Positions 1-9,060 of a DNA stretch of 53,151 bases are shown here, piece after piece (position 1 is the stretch's first letter; every line of letters begins with the position of its first letter). Made by a program: the position numbers and the translations under genes. The notes under the pieces are model-generated. The model was not told the origin of the DNA, ran no database searches, and saw only the letters and a list, made by a program, of their open reading frames with translations. Source of the stretch: an uncultured Dehalococcoidia bacterium (GTDB lineage: Bacteria > Chloroflexota > Dehalococcoidia > DSTF01 > WHTK01); NCBI GenBank assembly GCA_964572535.1, contig CAZNHI010000001.1:1-53151 (forward strand). Reading direction: 5' to 3'.

Positions 1-294
1 GACTCCCACCTCGGCGACTTCATCGAAGACCCCGTGGCACTGGCCCCGGCGGACGCCGCCGCCCATCAACTGCTCAAGGAGCAGGTCATGGACGTGCTCG
101 CCAGCCTCGCCCCGCGCGAGCGCAAGGTGCTGGAGCTGCGCTTCGGCCTGGAGGACGGCCGCAGCCGTACCCTCGAAGAGGTCGGCCGCGAGTTCCACGT
201 CACCCGCGAGCGCATCCGCCAGATCGAAGCCAAGGCGCTGCGCAAGCTGCGTCACCCCTCGCGCTCCAAGAAGCTCCGCGACTACCTGGAGTAG
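1..294 (+). CDS. rpoD: Primary-type sigma-70 factor, C-terminal part (5' end outside window)
   Basis: Frame 1 is open from nt 1. [11 protein letters not shown]...[51 protein letters not shown] is the conserved region 3.2-4.2 of group 1/2 sigma-70 factors. The stop at 292-294 is followed by a hairpin terminator. Confidence 0.9.
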   Translation, partial: DSHLGDFIEDPVALAPADAAAHQLLKEQVMDVLASLAPRERKVLELRFGLEDGRSRTLEEVGREFHVTRERIRQIEAKALRKLRHPSRSKKLRDYLE

Positions 295-320
295 CGCCCA
301 GCAACCAGTAACTAATAAGA

Positions 321-350
321 CCGGCGGCCACATCGGCCGCCGGTTTTCTT
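321..350 (+). terminator. Intrinsic terminator hairpin between convergent genes
   Basis: CCGGCGGCC (321-329) pairs with GGCCGCCGG (335-343) around a 5-nt loop, followed by TTTTCTTTCC. It lies between the stops at 294 (+) and 353 (-). Confidence 0.8.
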
Positions 351-352
351 TC

Positions 353-676
353 CTAGCTCGTCAGCTTGAACTTCAGAATCGTATCGCCATCTCTCAGCCA
401 CTTTGGATCGGGCAGGTGTCGGCCGCTCCCACCAATCGTGCCATCCGGTAGCTGGTACTGATGAGCGACGGCAATCAGCCGCTCACCCTCGAAATAGAGA
501 ACGCGCTGTGACATTGTTCCCGCGGCCTGTCCAGCAGATCCGGGTGCCAGCCACTGCTTCGCGATGACTGCCGTGACTTCACCCCTGCGCAATCGGCCCA
601 GCACGTCTAGCTCATCGAACCTTTGGCGAAGAGTCGCGGAATCGACGTACAATGACTCAGTTGGAGTCTCACTCAT
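353..676 (-). CDS. Small conserved-hypothetical protein (107 aa)
   Basis: The ORF track gives 353..859. I place the start at the internal ATG 676 (MSETPTE...) because the upstream 61 codons are Ser/Arg/Cys-rich junk overlapping the divergent ORF. The C-terminal HQYQLPDGTIGGSGRHLPDPKWL resembles a small uncharacterised family I recall (..PDGTxGxSGxPDPK..). No SD is present. Confidence 0.5.
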   Translation of the reverse strand: MSETPTESLYVDSATLRQRFDELDVLGRLRRGEVTAVIAKQWLAPGSAGQAAGTMSQRVLYFEGERLIAVAHQYQLPDGTIGGSGRHLPDPKWLRDGDTILKFKLTS

Positions 677-926
677 GTCAGCAAATGCGCAGCTTCTAGT
701 TAAGACCGGCCGGTTTCTCGATAGCGAGCTTAGTTTCCATGACTTGGTCGAATGGGTACAAGACCGCGAGGAGTTCTGGGCCGCTCTGCCGGTGAACTCG
801 ATAGCCCGCATCCTCGCCGACACGATTATGCTGGCTGCATATGAGTTGTCCGAAGGCATAAGGGACGAATCAGGCGTGAAGGACCTCGTTAGTCAGCTAA
901 CCCTGGAGCCGTCGCCACAAAGCTAG
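675..926 (+). CDS. Small hypothetical protein (83 aa)
   Basis: Internal ATG 675 of ORF 564..926 is preceded by GGAG (663-666) with an 8-nt spacer. MSANAQLLVKTGRFLDSELSFHDLVEWVQDREEFW... has protein-like, acidic/helical composition but no recognisable domain. Confidence 0.45.
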   Translation: MSANAQLLVKTGRFLDSELSFHDLVEWVQDREEFWAALPVNSIARILADTIMLAAYELSEGIRDESGVKDLVSQLTLEPSPQS

Positions 927-949
927 CCTTGCATCGCAGACATCGTCGC

Positions 950-2065
950 CTACTCCCCCACCACCATCGCCGTCACCAGCCCGAACATCCCCGCCGGCCC
1001 CTCCGCGTGCGACAGGATGTGACAGTGGAACGCCCACACCCCCGGCTCCGTCGCCTCCACGATCACGTCGTAGCGGTTGCCCGGCGCCACGTCGATCGTG
1101 TCGCACATCTGCGGCGGATTGATCGGCCAGCCGTCCTTCGCGAACACCCGCATCGGCATGCCGTGCAGGTGCATCGGGTGGTTCATCACCCCTTCATTTA
1201 AGTAACGAATCAAAACCCGCTCACCGCGCTTCGCCACCACGGCCTCGGTCGCCGGGAAGCCCTTGCCGTTGATCGTGAAGCCCAGCGACAGGTCGTTCAG
1301 CACCATGATGTACTCGCGGTCGTACGCCGGGTACGTGCTGGCGTCGCGCGGATCGACGATGAAGGCGCCCAGCAGCCCGCGGTTCACCTGGTCCAGCGCG
1401 TTGTGGTGCGAGTGGTACATGTGCGTCCCGGAGTTGCGCAGCACGAACTCATATGTGAACGTCTCGCCGACCTTGATCGGGTCCTGGTTGATGAACGGCA
1501 CGCCGTCCATGTTGTTCGGCACGAAGAGCCCGTGCCAGTGCACCGACGTGCTCTCCTTGAGGTTGTTCTTGACGATGACCCGCACCGTCTCGCCCTCGGT
1601 CGCGCGCAGCACCGGCCCCGGCACGGCGCCGTTGTAGCCGCGCGCCGCCACCACCTTGCCCGGCTCCACCTCCCACTCGACCTCGTCGATGCTCAGCCGG
1701 AACACCTTCACGCCACCCTCGATCTCCGGCTGCAGCGGCTGGTTGCCCTTGCCCTTGGTGATCGGCGTAGTCTGGTTCTTGAGGAAGGCTTCGATGCCCT
1801 CCTTGTGCAGGCGGTCCATCTCCTCCGCCGAGTGCTCCTGCGTCGCCGTCGCTGCCGTGCTCGTCGTCGCCGTCGCTGCGTGCGGCGTGTGCTCGGCGCC
1901 GTTGGCCGCGGCCCCGTCCGGCTGCTCCGAACCCGCCACCACCCAGCCCGCCGTGCCCACGATTACGCCCGTCGACACCACGCTGGCGCCGACCAGAGCC
2001 TTCTCCAGGAAGGAACGGCGCGTGACCCTCGGATCGCTGTTGTTGTCTTCGTAACGCCGGCTCAT
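950..2065 (-). CDS. Tat-exported two-domain multicopper oxidase (small-laccase-like)
   Basis: Twin-arginine signal (TRRSFLEKALVGASVV). Copper-ligand motifs HWHG, HSHH, HPMHLHG and HCHILSHAEGPAGMFG. At 371 aa it fits a two-cupredoxin architecture. GGGAGA lies 6 nt upstream of ATG 2065. Confidence 0.85.
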   Translation of the reverse strand: MSRRYEDNNSDPRVTRRSFLEKALVGASVVSTGVIVGTAGWVVAGSEQPDGAAANGAEHTPHAATATTSTAATATQEHSAEEMDRLHKEGIEAFLKNQTTPITKGKGNQPLQPEIEGGVKVFRLSIDEVEWEVEPGKVVAARGYNGAVPGPVLRATEGETVRVIVKNNLKESTSVHWHGLFVPNNMDGVPFINQDPIKVGETFTYEFVLRNSGTHMYHSHHNALDQVNRGLLGAFIVDPRDASTYPAYDREYIMVLNDLSLGFTINGKGFPATEAVVAKRGERVLIRYLNEGVMNHPMHLHGMPMRVFAKDGWPINPPQMCDTIDVAPGNRYDVIVEATEPGVWAFHCHILSHAEGPAGMFGLVTAMVVGE

Positions 2066-2439
2066 CCCGTATCTCCCATCGGCCTGCCCTCGTATCGAGA
2101 GGATGCCCTCATCCAGGCTATCGTAGCGACGGTCTCACGCAGCAGGGCCAAATGGTCCGGCCATTTGGGACACACTTCACAATCTCCGGAGGTGTCTTGA
2201 AGCCTGGGCATGGCTCGGGCCCTGCCAGGTTTGTTGGAGCGTGGGTTGCTGGCCCGCTCAGGAATCGATGGAACAGACGGAGCCCGGCAGGCCGTCCGGT
2301 TGCGCGCGACCCCATTCATGCGCGCTTGGAGCCGCACTTAGCAGGAGCTGTACATGCTCAGCGCTTCTGAGAACAAGATTCGTTGCCAAGTAAGTCCAGG
2401 CCGACCTATGGGGAGCCTCCTGCGGCAGTACTGGATTCC

Positions 2440-2667
2440 TGCTTTGCGTGATCCTCAGACGGTACTCCTCGGGCGTTAGCCCAGCGAGGGAGCTGTGGGT
2501 GCGGACCTGATTGTAGTCCAGCCGCCACTCCTCGACGATCTGCCTAGCGTCGGCGAGGTTGCGACCGGAGAGATCGCGAGAATCGCCTGTTTCGTGGCGT
2601 TCCAACGAACCGTATCTTTACCAGTGGCGCTCCTTGGTCCGGTAAGTTTCTTCATTCTGCCTCCCAA
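2440..2667 (-). pseudogene. Remnant of an IS3/IS481-type DDE (rve) transposase, C-terminal end only
   Basis: The translation ..LADARQIVEEWRLDYNQVRTHSSLAGLTPEEY is the conserved tail of rve-type transposases. No catalytic core lies upstream, and adjacent residues continue only in another frame (ORF 2476..2667). Confidence 0.6.
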
Positions 2668-2959
2668 GCGATGTTCTCATGTTGTTTTCGTCCGTTTTGG
2701 GTCCTACTTTTAGTCGATGGCAAGAACCCGGACTCTTGTCTCACGGTACGGCTGTGGTCTTTGATGATTCGACCACTAGTGCCAGCCTCCAGCGTCAACT
2801 TCCATAGACACAATTACCTGACGGTGCCACCATGTCTCGGGCAGACTTCGTTGGCGTAACCGCGCTCCAGCGCTGGCAGATATGAGCTAGGTTTTCGGTA
2901 CGTTACTTGATCTGGGACGCTGAGTCTCAAGCCTCGGGGATCATATCGGAGGACTTGAA

Positions 2960-3697
2960 ATGACAATGCTGGCACACCGTGTGGCCAGGCGAATGAAATC
3001 GGTCATTCGCACGATGACCAGTACTGGCAATGCGGTCGAGTGCCCCTGCTGCGGCCGCAGCTTCAGGCAGTTTCTTCCATTCGGCCGCCCGCAGAGACCG
3101 AACGCCCGCTGCCCAAGATGTGGCGCGCTCGAGAGGCACCGGCTGCTTTGGCTCTATCTGCAGCGGGAGACCGAGCTGTTTAGCAGGCCGGTGAAGCTGC
3201 TGCATGTCGCGCCGGAGGAGCAGTTCAGAGGGCGATTCCGCGAGATGTCTCAGTTGGAATACGTCACCGGCGACCTGTATGACAACCGTGCCGACGTGAA
3301 GCTGGACATCCGCGAGACGGACTTCGAGGACGATACATTTGGTGTAATCATCTGCAACCACGTGCTGGAACACATCCCGGAAGACGAGCAGGCGATGCGG
3401 GAGCTCCACCGCGTGCTCAAGGCCGGCGGCTGGGCCATCCTGATGGTCCCCCAAGACTTCACGCGAGACGTGACCTTCGAAGACCCGAGCGTGACCTCTC
3501 CGGAGGAGCGCCTGCGCGTGTTTGGTCAGGCGGACCACGTGCGGATCTACGGCAAGGACTACGTCGAGCGGCTAAAGAAAGCGGGCTTCGTCGTGGAGGA
3601 GATCGCTTATGCCGATGCGATTTCCAAAGAGGAGGTTAGCCGCTACGGAGTCATGAACGACAACGTGATCTACCGATGCCTCAAGCCTGCCCGGTAG
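2960..3697 (+). CDS. Class I SAM-dependent methyltransferase with N-terminal zinc ribbon
   Basis: GGAGGA lies 6 nt upstream of the ATG. CPCCGRSF...CPRCGALERHR forms a CxxC-CxxC ribbon. VIICNHVLEHIPEDEQAMRELHRVLKAGGWAILMVP is a Methyltransf_11-like core. Confidence 0.8.
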   Translation: MTMLAHRVARRMKSVIRTMTSTGNAVECPCCGRSFRQFLPFGRPQRPNARCPRCGALERHRLLWLYLQRETELFSRPVKLLHVAPEEQFRGRFREMSQLEYVTGDLYDNRADVKLDIRETDFEDDTFGVIICNHVLEHIPEDEQAMRELHRVLKAGGWAILMVPQDFTRDVTFEDPSVTSPEERLRVFGQADHVRIYGKDYVERLKKAGFVVEEIAYADAISKEEVSRYGVMNDNVIYRCLKPAR

Positions 3698-3699
3698 CC

Positions 3700-4411
3700 A
3701 GATCTATCCCGGATCAACAGCCCTTTCAAGCGTTGAGCACCCGAATCGGGGAGCCTTTGAGGAACGCGGCTACGTTTTCGACGGCGTCGCCGTAGAAATT
3801 TGGCGTAGGCGTCGCGCGCGACGGCGGTTGCGCAGGGCGTCCGATGTTCCTGGATCAGCGTCTGGCAAGGGGCGACGTAGCTCTCCAGTGCCCGGAGGCC
3901 GGCAGCCGAGGTGAGCGCTGGTAGGCGAGGCGCATACTGAGGGTCCGTCTGGGAGAGGAGCGCATGAATCTGATTGCGGAGCCTCGTCGCCTCCGCGACT
4001 GCGGCATCACGCTCCGTCGAGAGAAGGTCCAGGACGACTGTCTCGTCTTCTGCGTTGACCACTAGTAGCTTCGGCGCTTCCTCGCGCACGCATCTCGCCA
4101 CAGCCCGCGCGTCGAGATGGTCAGACTTGCCCGGTCGACGGCTGTTACGGCGCTGGCGTGCCGTCCAGCGAGGGCTTATCTCGAAGACCGTGAGGCCGAG
4201 GCACGAGATGCTGCGCCAGTCCACGGCCGTTGCTCCAGGCGCCCTCGATCCCCCACCAGCAGTGGTCGTTTAGAGACGACGCCCAGTTGGCAAGCGAGGT
4301 CCAGCCTTCTCGTGAATTAGGTCCTCGCCACTCGCCGAGCTCTTGCCCGGCTTGGTCTACGGCGATGGCGACATGGATGCTCTTGTGTGCGTCAACCCCG
4401 AGAGTGATCAT
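3700..4411 (-). pseudogene. IS110-family transposase, frameshifted and 3'-truncated
   Basis: MITLGVDAHKSIHVAIAVDQAGQELGEW...WWGIEGAWSNGRGLAQHLV (ORF 4145..4411, SD GGAGG upstream) is the DEDD N-terminal domain. It continues in another frame (ORF 3670..4224: ..GKSDHLDARAVARCV..RLRNQIHALL..). The C-terminal HhH domain is absent and that space is occupied by the methyltransferase gene. Confidence 0.7.
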
Positions 4412-4762
4412 CCTCTACCTCCTGCAGGACTACCGGGGCTGACGGGCCTCCCTTGAGTCGGCGACGGGCTCCTATCAGGCCAAGCCCCGTGAGCACGACA
4501 AGGGACGACATGTCGGATAGAGGGCAGTGCGCCAGGCGATAGTGGTGTCAGTCCTGCCTGTCTTGCTCGACGGTAACCTACAGGGAAGGCGATAGTAAAT
4601 GCGACCGGGAAGTCCTCACTCAAGCGCCGCCAACCCTTCAGCCCCACCTCATTCCGCCCGCTTCAACCGCATTACGAAACTTTCGGCCGAGAAGCCTTCG
4701 ATCTCCACCTCCTAAAACCATCGCAAAACCGTTACGATTCCCGCACAAGGTCCGTTATTACA

Positions 4763-5806
4763 TTGGACTCAGACCCAACAAGGCCTGCTGAAAGGCGGGC
4801 CATAAGGAGAAGCGCAACGCCCGCAACCGACGTTTCTACAAACATCGCCCGAACCGGGCCGACCGTAACCATCGGCTTCATGCCCAAGGAGCGGTTCTCC
4901 ATGGCCGGCCGCGCCCTGCACCGCCTCTTTGAGTACACGCCCATCGACTTCAAGCTCCTTATCGTCGACTGCGACATTCCTCCTCGATTCCGCAGGGAGA
5001 TCGAGGCCGCGATAACCGGGCGAGACAACGTTGAGTTCATAGAGGGCGGCGGTCCCATCCACTCAAACGCCTGCAAGGTCCTCGTCGCGGAGGCCAGCAC
5101 CAGTGAATACACCTGCATGCTGGAAAACGACCTGCTCGTCAGCGAAGGCTGGCTCGAATCCCTCATCGCCGCGATGGAGGACTGCAACGCTGATGTGGCA
5201 GTGCCGCGAATTCTCGAGGGCTGGGACGCTCACTACCACGATGACTCCAACATCGGACAGCTGGACTTCAGGCAGGGCGAAAGCGGGATGGAACTTCACA
5301 TCGCCTCCCTGGGTGAGTCGCGGGAGCTTGACGCGATTCGGGAGCCCCAACCCATCACCATGTCGGAGGCGCACTGCTTCCTCTTCAGGACCAGCGTCCT
5401 GAAGCGCGTGCAGCCCTTCGATCCGGCCCTCACCGCGCGTGAGGAAGTCGATATTTGCCTCGCGCTGCACAAGGCAGGCGTCCCGATGGTCCTCCAGCCC
5501 AGCAGTCGCCTGGTCTTCATCCCGCCACCCCCGGTCCATCCCGACGAGCAGCCTTACTTCCTTCACAAATGGGACTACCAGGGTGTCATCGGCAGCCACC
5601 AGTACATACACGACAAGTGGGGCATGGTTAGATTCCCCACCGGCTACGACATCCAGAAGACCCGCGTTCACCGCCTCACGCGATTGGGGTGGTTCCGTTA
5701 TCGAGCTCTGCATCGCTGGCGCCGCGCGCCTTTCAAAGCCTTGAAGACGGCGCGACAGCTGACCCTTGACCGGTTCTCGAAGCGCGGTAGCAGCCCGACT
5801 TCGTGA
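4763..5806 (+). CDS. Divergent GT-A-like (GT2-like) glycosyltransferase, paralog 1
   Basis: VTIGFMPKERFS..FKLLIVDCDIPP.. and MLENDLLVSEGWL resemble the beta-strand/acidic and DxD-region layout of GT-A enzymes. It is roughly 45% identical by eye to the product of 47133..48140. TTG start is uncertain. The stop overlaps the next ATG (ATGA at 5803-5806). Confidence 0.5.
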   Translation: MDSDPTRPAERRAIRRSATPATDVSTNIARTGPTVTIGFMPKERFSMAGRALHRLFEYTPIDFKLLIVDCDIPPRFRREIEAAITGRDNVEFIEGGGPIHSNACKVLVAEASTSEYTCMLENDLLVSEGWLESLIAAMEDCNADVAVPRILEGWDAHYHDDSNIGQLDFRQGESGMELHIASLGESRELDAIREPQPITMSEAHCFLFRTSVLKRVQPFDPALTAREEVDICLALHKAGVPMVLQPSSRLVFIPPPPVHPDEQPYFLHKWDYQGVIGSHQYIHDKWGMVRFPTGYDIQKTRVHRLTRLGWFRYRALHRWRRAPFKALKTARQLTLDRFSKRGSSPTS

Positions 5807-6831
5807 ACAGACCCGCCGTGCCCGGCCTTCCCGAACGCTACCTCGGCCGCACCGACCTCAAAGTCACCCCGCTCGGCTACGGGGCCATGGCCGTCGAAAG
5901 TGGCCGCCACACCGGCGAAGTTACCGAGGCTCAGGCCCAGGCCATCCTCGAGGCCGTGCTCGAATCAGGCATCAACTTTGTGGACACCTCCATCGACTAC
6001 GGTCTCAGCGAGGAGCGCATCGGCAAGTACATCTCCCAACATCGATCGCGCTTCATTCTGGCCACCAAGTGTGGCTGCCTCCTCAATGACCCCGGTCCGC
6101 GCCGGCCTCACAACCTGCGCCAAAGACTCCGCCCCCTCATCGGCAACACACTGCTCTGGCAGATCACGCGGGACCTTGCTCCCAGGCGCCGACGGCGGCG
6201 CAGTCAACCCTCCCTCAATCATCTCTATACCCCGGAGAACATCGTCGCCGGCCTCGATCAGAGCCTCGCCCGCATGAAGAGCAGCTACATTGACCTCCTG
6301 CAGTTTCACGGCTCCCCCTCCATAGCCGAGCTTGAGGAGCACGGCGCGCTCGAAGCCGCCCTCCAACTGAAGAAGGAAGGCAAGGTCCGCTTCATCGGCG
6401 TTTCCTCCACGCTGCCTGATATCGAGGACCACATAGCGATGGGAGTTTTCGACGCGCTCCAGATTCCCTATTCCGCCCTGAATCGCGAGCACGAAGAAGT
6501 GATCTCCCGCGCGGCCGCTTCGGGCGCCGGCGTCATCGTTCGAAGCGGATTCGTCCGCGGCGGCCTCAGCCAGAACCGCAGCCGTCCGTCGCGCATCTGG
6601 CACAAGGCCCACCTCGACGACCTTATCGGCGACATGAGCCCGTACGAGTTCATGCTCCGCTTTGTCCAGAGCCACCCATCCGTCGCCACGACAATCGTTG
6701 GCACCGTCAACCCGCAACACCTCCGCCAGAACATCGAAGCGATCCTCAAGGGTCCCCTTCCGCCGGCGCTCTACGAAGAAGCCAAGCTGCGACTGGCGCG
6801 CGCAGGTTCGCTCCCCGGAGTCAGTTTCTGA
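5803..6831 (+). CDS. Aldo/keto reductase
   Basis: LGRTDLKVTPLGYGAMAV, INFVDTSIDYGLSEERIG, ILATKCG, YIDLLQFH and GKVRFIGVSS follow the typical AKR motif order. It is translationally coupled to the upstream gene. Confidence 0.85.
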   Translation: MNRPAVPGLPERYLGRTDLKVTPLGYGAMAVESGRHTGEVTEAQAQAILEAVLESGINFVDTSIDYGLSEERIGKYISQHRSRFILATKCGCLLNDPGPRRPHNLRQRLRPLIGNTLLWQITRDLAPRRRRRRSQPSLNHLYTPENIVAGLDQSLARMKSSYIDLLQFHGSPSIAELEEHGALEAALQLKKEGKVRFIGVSSTLPDIEDHIAMGVFDALQIPYSALNREHEEVISRAAASGAGVIVRSGFVRGGLSQNRSRPSRIWHKAHLDDLIGDMSPYEFMLRFVQSHPSVATTIVGTVNPQHLRQNIEAILKGPLPPALYEEAKLRLARAGSLPGVSF

Positions 6832-7533
6832 AGCCCGGGTGACCACAACTCACCAGCCTCCTCGGGCGCCAAATTCGACCGCGTGGTGAGGCCAGGACAA
6901 TGTCCGGGCTGTGACGTCTATCCCTTCATCCAAGAGCCTCCGCGTGACAGTTTGGAGACCGCAGTCCTGATCACGTCTGCGCCAGGCGAGCGGGCCCAAA
7001 TCACCGCCGCGACCCTGAAGGCGTGGCGCTGGATGCCCTATCTCAGGGTCTTTCTCGACTACGTCGTATGCCATGTGGCTGTCGGCTACCAGGGAGCGGA
7101 TGGCCGAAGCAGCCGGACCCTCTTCGGGACCGGGGTCGGCAATCACTAAGGCCGCGTTGGGGCGGTGCCCTGCTCGCAAAGACCACAATACGACTCGTTC
7201 GGCCCGCGAGCGGCAAGATGAGAGCCTGGCCGTCGGTGTCCAGAAAGGTGGCGTCACATCAGATACCTCTGTTCGAGGAGTAACAGCCTACGAAATGATG
7301 CGTTCATCTAATGGCGTGTCGCGCACGTCGTTGGGAGCATTCCGGCCCTCACTTTCATGAATCCCTCGGCGCCAACCGTCACCACGCCGAATGCAATCGC
7401 TCTAAGCCAGGGCCACCTGACAACTGCTCTCATGGCGTCCATTAGCTTATCGCGAAGCGACGAGGGCAAAAACGTCTTTGTTATGCGTTAATATTGCCTC
7501 CACACAGGATCACCGCAGAGGAGCCAAGCAAGG

Positions 7534-8784
7534 ATGTCGGTAGTTTCTCCGCTCCGTACCAAGCTGAACTTGTCCAAGGTCAGGAAGTTGACCCCGCCCA
7601 AGATTCGAACCAAGCTGGCTGAAATCTTCGCGCCGGCGCCCCAGATGATCCCTCTCCCTGAAGGCGGAGGGAAGCCGCGCATCTTGTACTTCATCGTCGC
7701 CTACCCGAACTTCTCCGAGAGCTACATGCACGAGGAGATCCGGAGCCTTAGCGAGAAGTTCGAAATCAAGATCATTACATACTCCAAGAGCAAACGGCCG
7801 CGCCGGCGCCCCTGGGAGTACACGCTGATCGAATACAAGGCGCCTTGCCTCGTTTACGGTCCGATCGAAAGGGTCAACCAGAAGTTCGATGACCCGGAAC
7901 AACTGGACTTCCTTCGGCGCGTGGACACCGTGATTGGAGAGTTCAAACCAGACGTCTTGCATGGTCACTATCTCGGCATGAGCCTGCTGATGATGACCCT
8001 CGCCGAGAAGCATCACATCCCCTTCACCGTCCGGACGCACTCGATGGACATCCTCTCCGAGCCGCACAACAAGCTCGAGGCGTACTGCGAGGCGGCCAAC
8101 AGCCCCTGGTGCAAGCTGGTACTGGCCTTCCCCGAATCCTGCAGGCGCCTCATTGACCGCGGGCTCAATCGCGAAAGGGTCACAAGCTGTTGGCCTGTGG
8201 CGAACTTCCAGGCGTTCTATCGGCCCGAGAAGCGAGCGCCGACCGGGTACGTCATGTGCAGTGGACCCGCGGTCGGTAAGAAGGCTCACAACGATTTTGT
8301 CGACCTGGCAGTGATGATGCGCGGCCGCGGCGACTTCGAGTTCGACCTCTATGCGGCTGGACCGTCTATAGGGGCGACTCGCGACTACAACGCCAGGCAC
8401 GGCAACGCGATCTCGATCAAATACGCAGACCCGGAGGAGATGCCCCAGATCTACCCCCGCTACGACTGGCTCGTCTATTCGTGCGACCCTGAGATTAACA
8501 AGGTTGGCCTCCCCGTGGGCATCGCAGAGGCGCAGGCCAGCGGTGTCGGTGTGTGCTGGCAAGAGCTCCCTGGCAGGCGGCAGGAGCAACTCGACTTCCT
8601 TGGCGGCGGCGGAATCCTCTTCCAGTCGCTCGACGAGCTACCGGAGATCTTGTCACGTCCCTACCCTGAAGAAATGCGGCTTCTCGGTTTTGAGGCTGCG
8701 AAGCGGTGCGACATCGAACAGCACAAGCACCTGCTCTCGGACGCGTGGGACGCCGTAACCAACAAGGCTACACAGACCGTCTAG
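7534..8784 (+). CDS. GT-B glycosyltransferase (GT4-like)
   Basis: RILYFIVAYPNFSESY and KPDVLHGHY in the N-domain, and GLPVGIAEAQASGVGV in the C-domain (degenerate E-x7-E region). The start could instead be ATG 7645. Confidence 0.65.
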   Translation: MSVVSPLRTKLNLSKVRKLTPPKIRTKLAEIFAPAPQMIPLPEGGGKPRILYFIVAYPNFSESYMHEEIRSLSEKFEIKIITYSKSKRPRRRPWEYTLIEYKAPCLVYGPIERVNQKFDDPEQLDFLRRVDTVIGEFKPDVLHGHYLGMSLLMMTLAEKHHIPFTVRTHSMDILSEPHNKLEAYCEAANSPWCKLVLAFPESCRRLIDRGLNRERVTSCWPVANFQAFYRPEKRAPTGYVMCSGPAVGKKAHNDFVDLAVMMRGRGDFEFDLYAAGPSIGATRDYNARHGNAISIKYADPEEMPQIYPRYDWLVYSCDPEINKVGLPVGIAEAQASGVGVCWQELPGRRQEQLDFLGGGGILFQSLDELPEILSRPYPEEMRLLGFEAAKRCDIEQHKHLLSDAWDAVTNKATQTV

Positions 8785-9060
8785 CAGTTCGTGCGTGACT
8801 CTGAAGATCGCTCTCTGAGCTCCAGCGAATTGAACTCAAGGAGGGACAGACTCAACTCATTGCGTCCAGTAAGTCACCCATGCCAGGACGGAGTCGCACA
8901 GCATTGGCAGAACCGGGCGCGCTTCCTGGGTCGCCGCCTCGAAGTATGCTAAGTGGCGTGGCTGCCGAAATCTCCTTTGAAGTCCTCTTCCCGTCGGCGA
9001 CGAGGCTGAGGTGGCGGTAGCACGGGGTATTCCGATCGTCCCTGGCCGGTACTTCCTTCT

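Noticed and set aside
2148-2168. Inverted repeat CCAAATGG-TCCGG-CCATTTGG about 85 nt upstream of the multicopper oxidase start, considered as a metal-regulator operator
   Set aside because: By my rough estimate, about eight perfect 8-bp stems with short loops are expected by chance in a window this size. It does not sit between plausible -35/-10 hexamers as MerR/CueR sites do, and no regulator gene is adjacent.
1403-2200. Long ORFs antisense to or overlapping recognised genes, for example 1403..2200(+), 5063..5713(-), 5965..6846(-), 7510..8589(-), 26672..27514(+), 37342..38037(+), 42395..43090(+), 45814..46332(+)
   Set aside because: These are typical high-GC shadow ORFs. They are Arg/Pro/Gly/Ala-rich with no motifs, and in each case the opposite strand or another frame carries a clearly recognisable domain.
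4408-4647. ORF 4408..4647(-) upstream of the IS110 remnant
   Set aside because: It has Pro/Gly/Arg-rich low-complexity translation and no SD or motif. It is probably the untranslated flank of the dead IS.
6850-7360. Mutually overlapping ORFs on both strands (6850..7257 -, 6883..7149 +, 7023..7283 +, 7073..7360 +) in the 700-nt gap between the AKR and the GT4 gene
   Set aside because: None has a recognisable motif, a start signal or a clear codon-bias advantage. I cannot decide which, if any, is coding. Given the other relics in the locus this may be another decayed gene, but I found no collinear similarity to any gene in the window.
7602-7611. GATTCGAACC, a T-arm-like string suggestive of a tRNA
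   Set aside because: It lies inside the GT4 coding sequence with no acceptor or anticodon stem pairing around it. I found no tRNA, rRNA or tmRNA-like structure elsewhere in the window.
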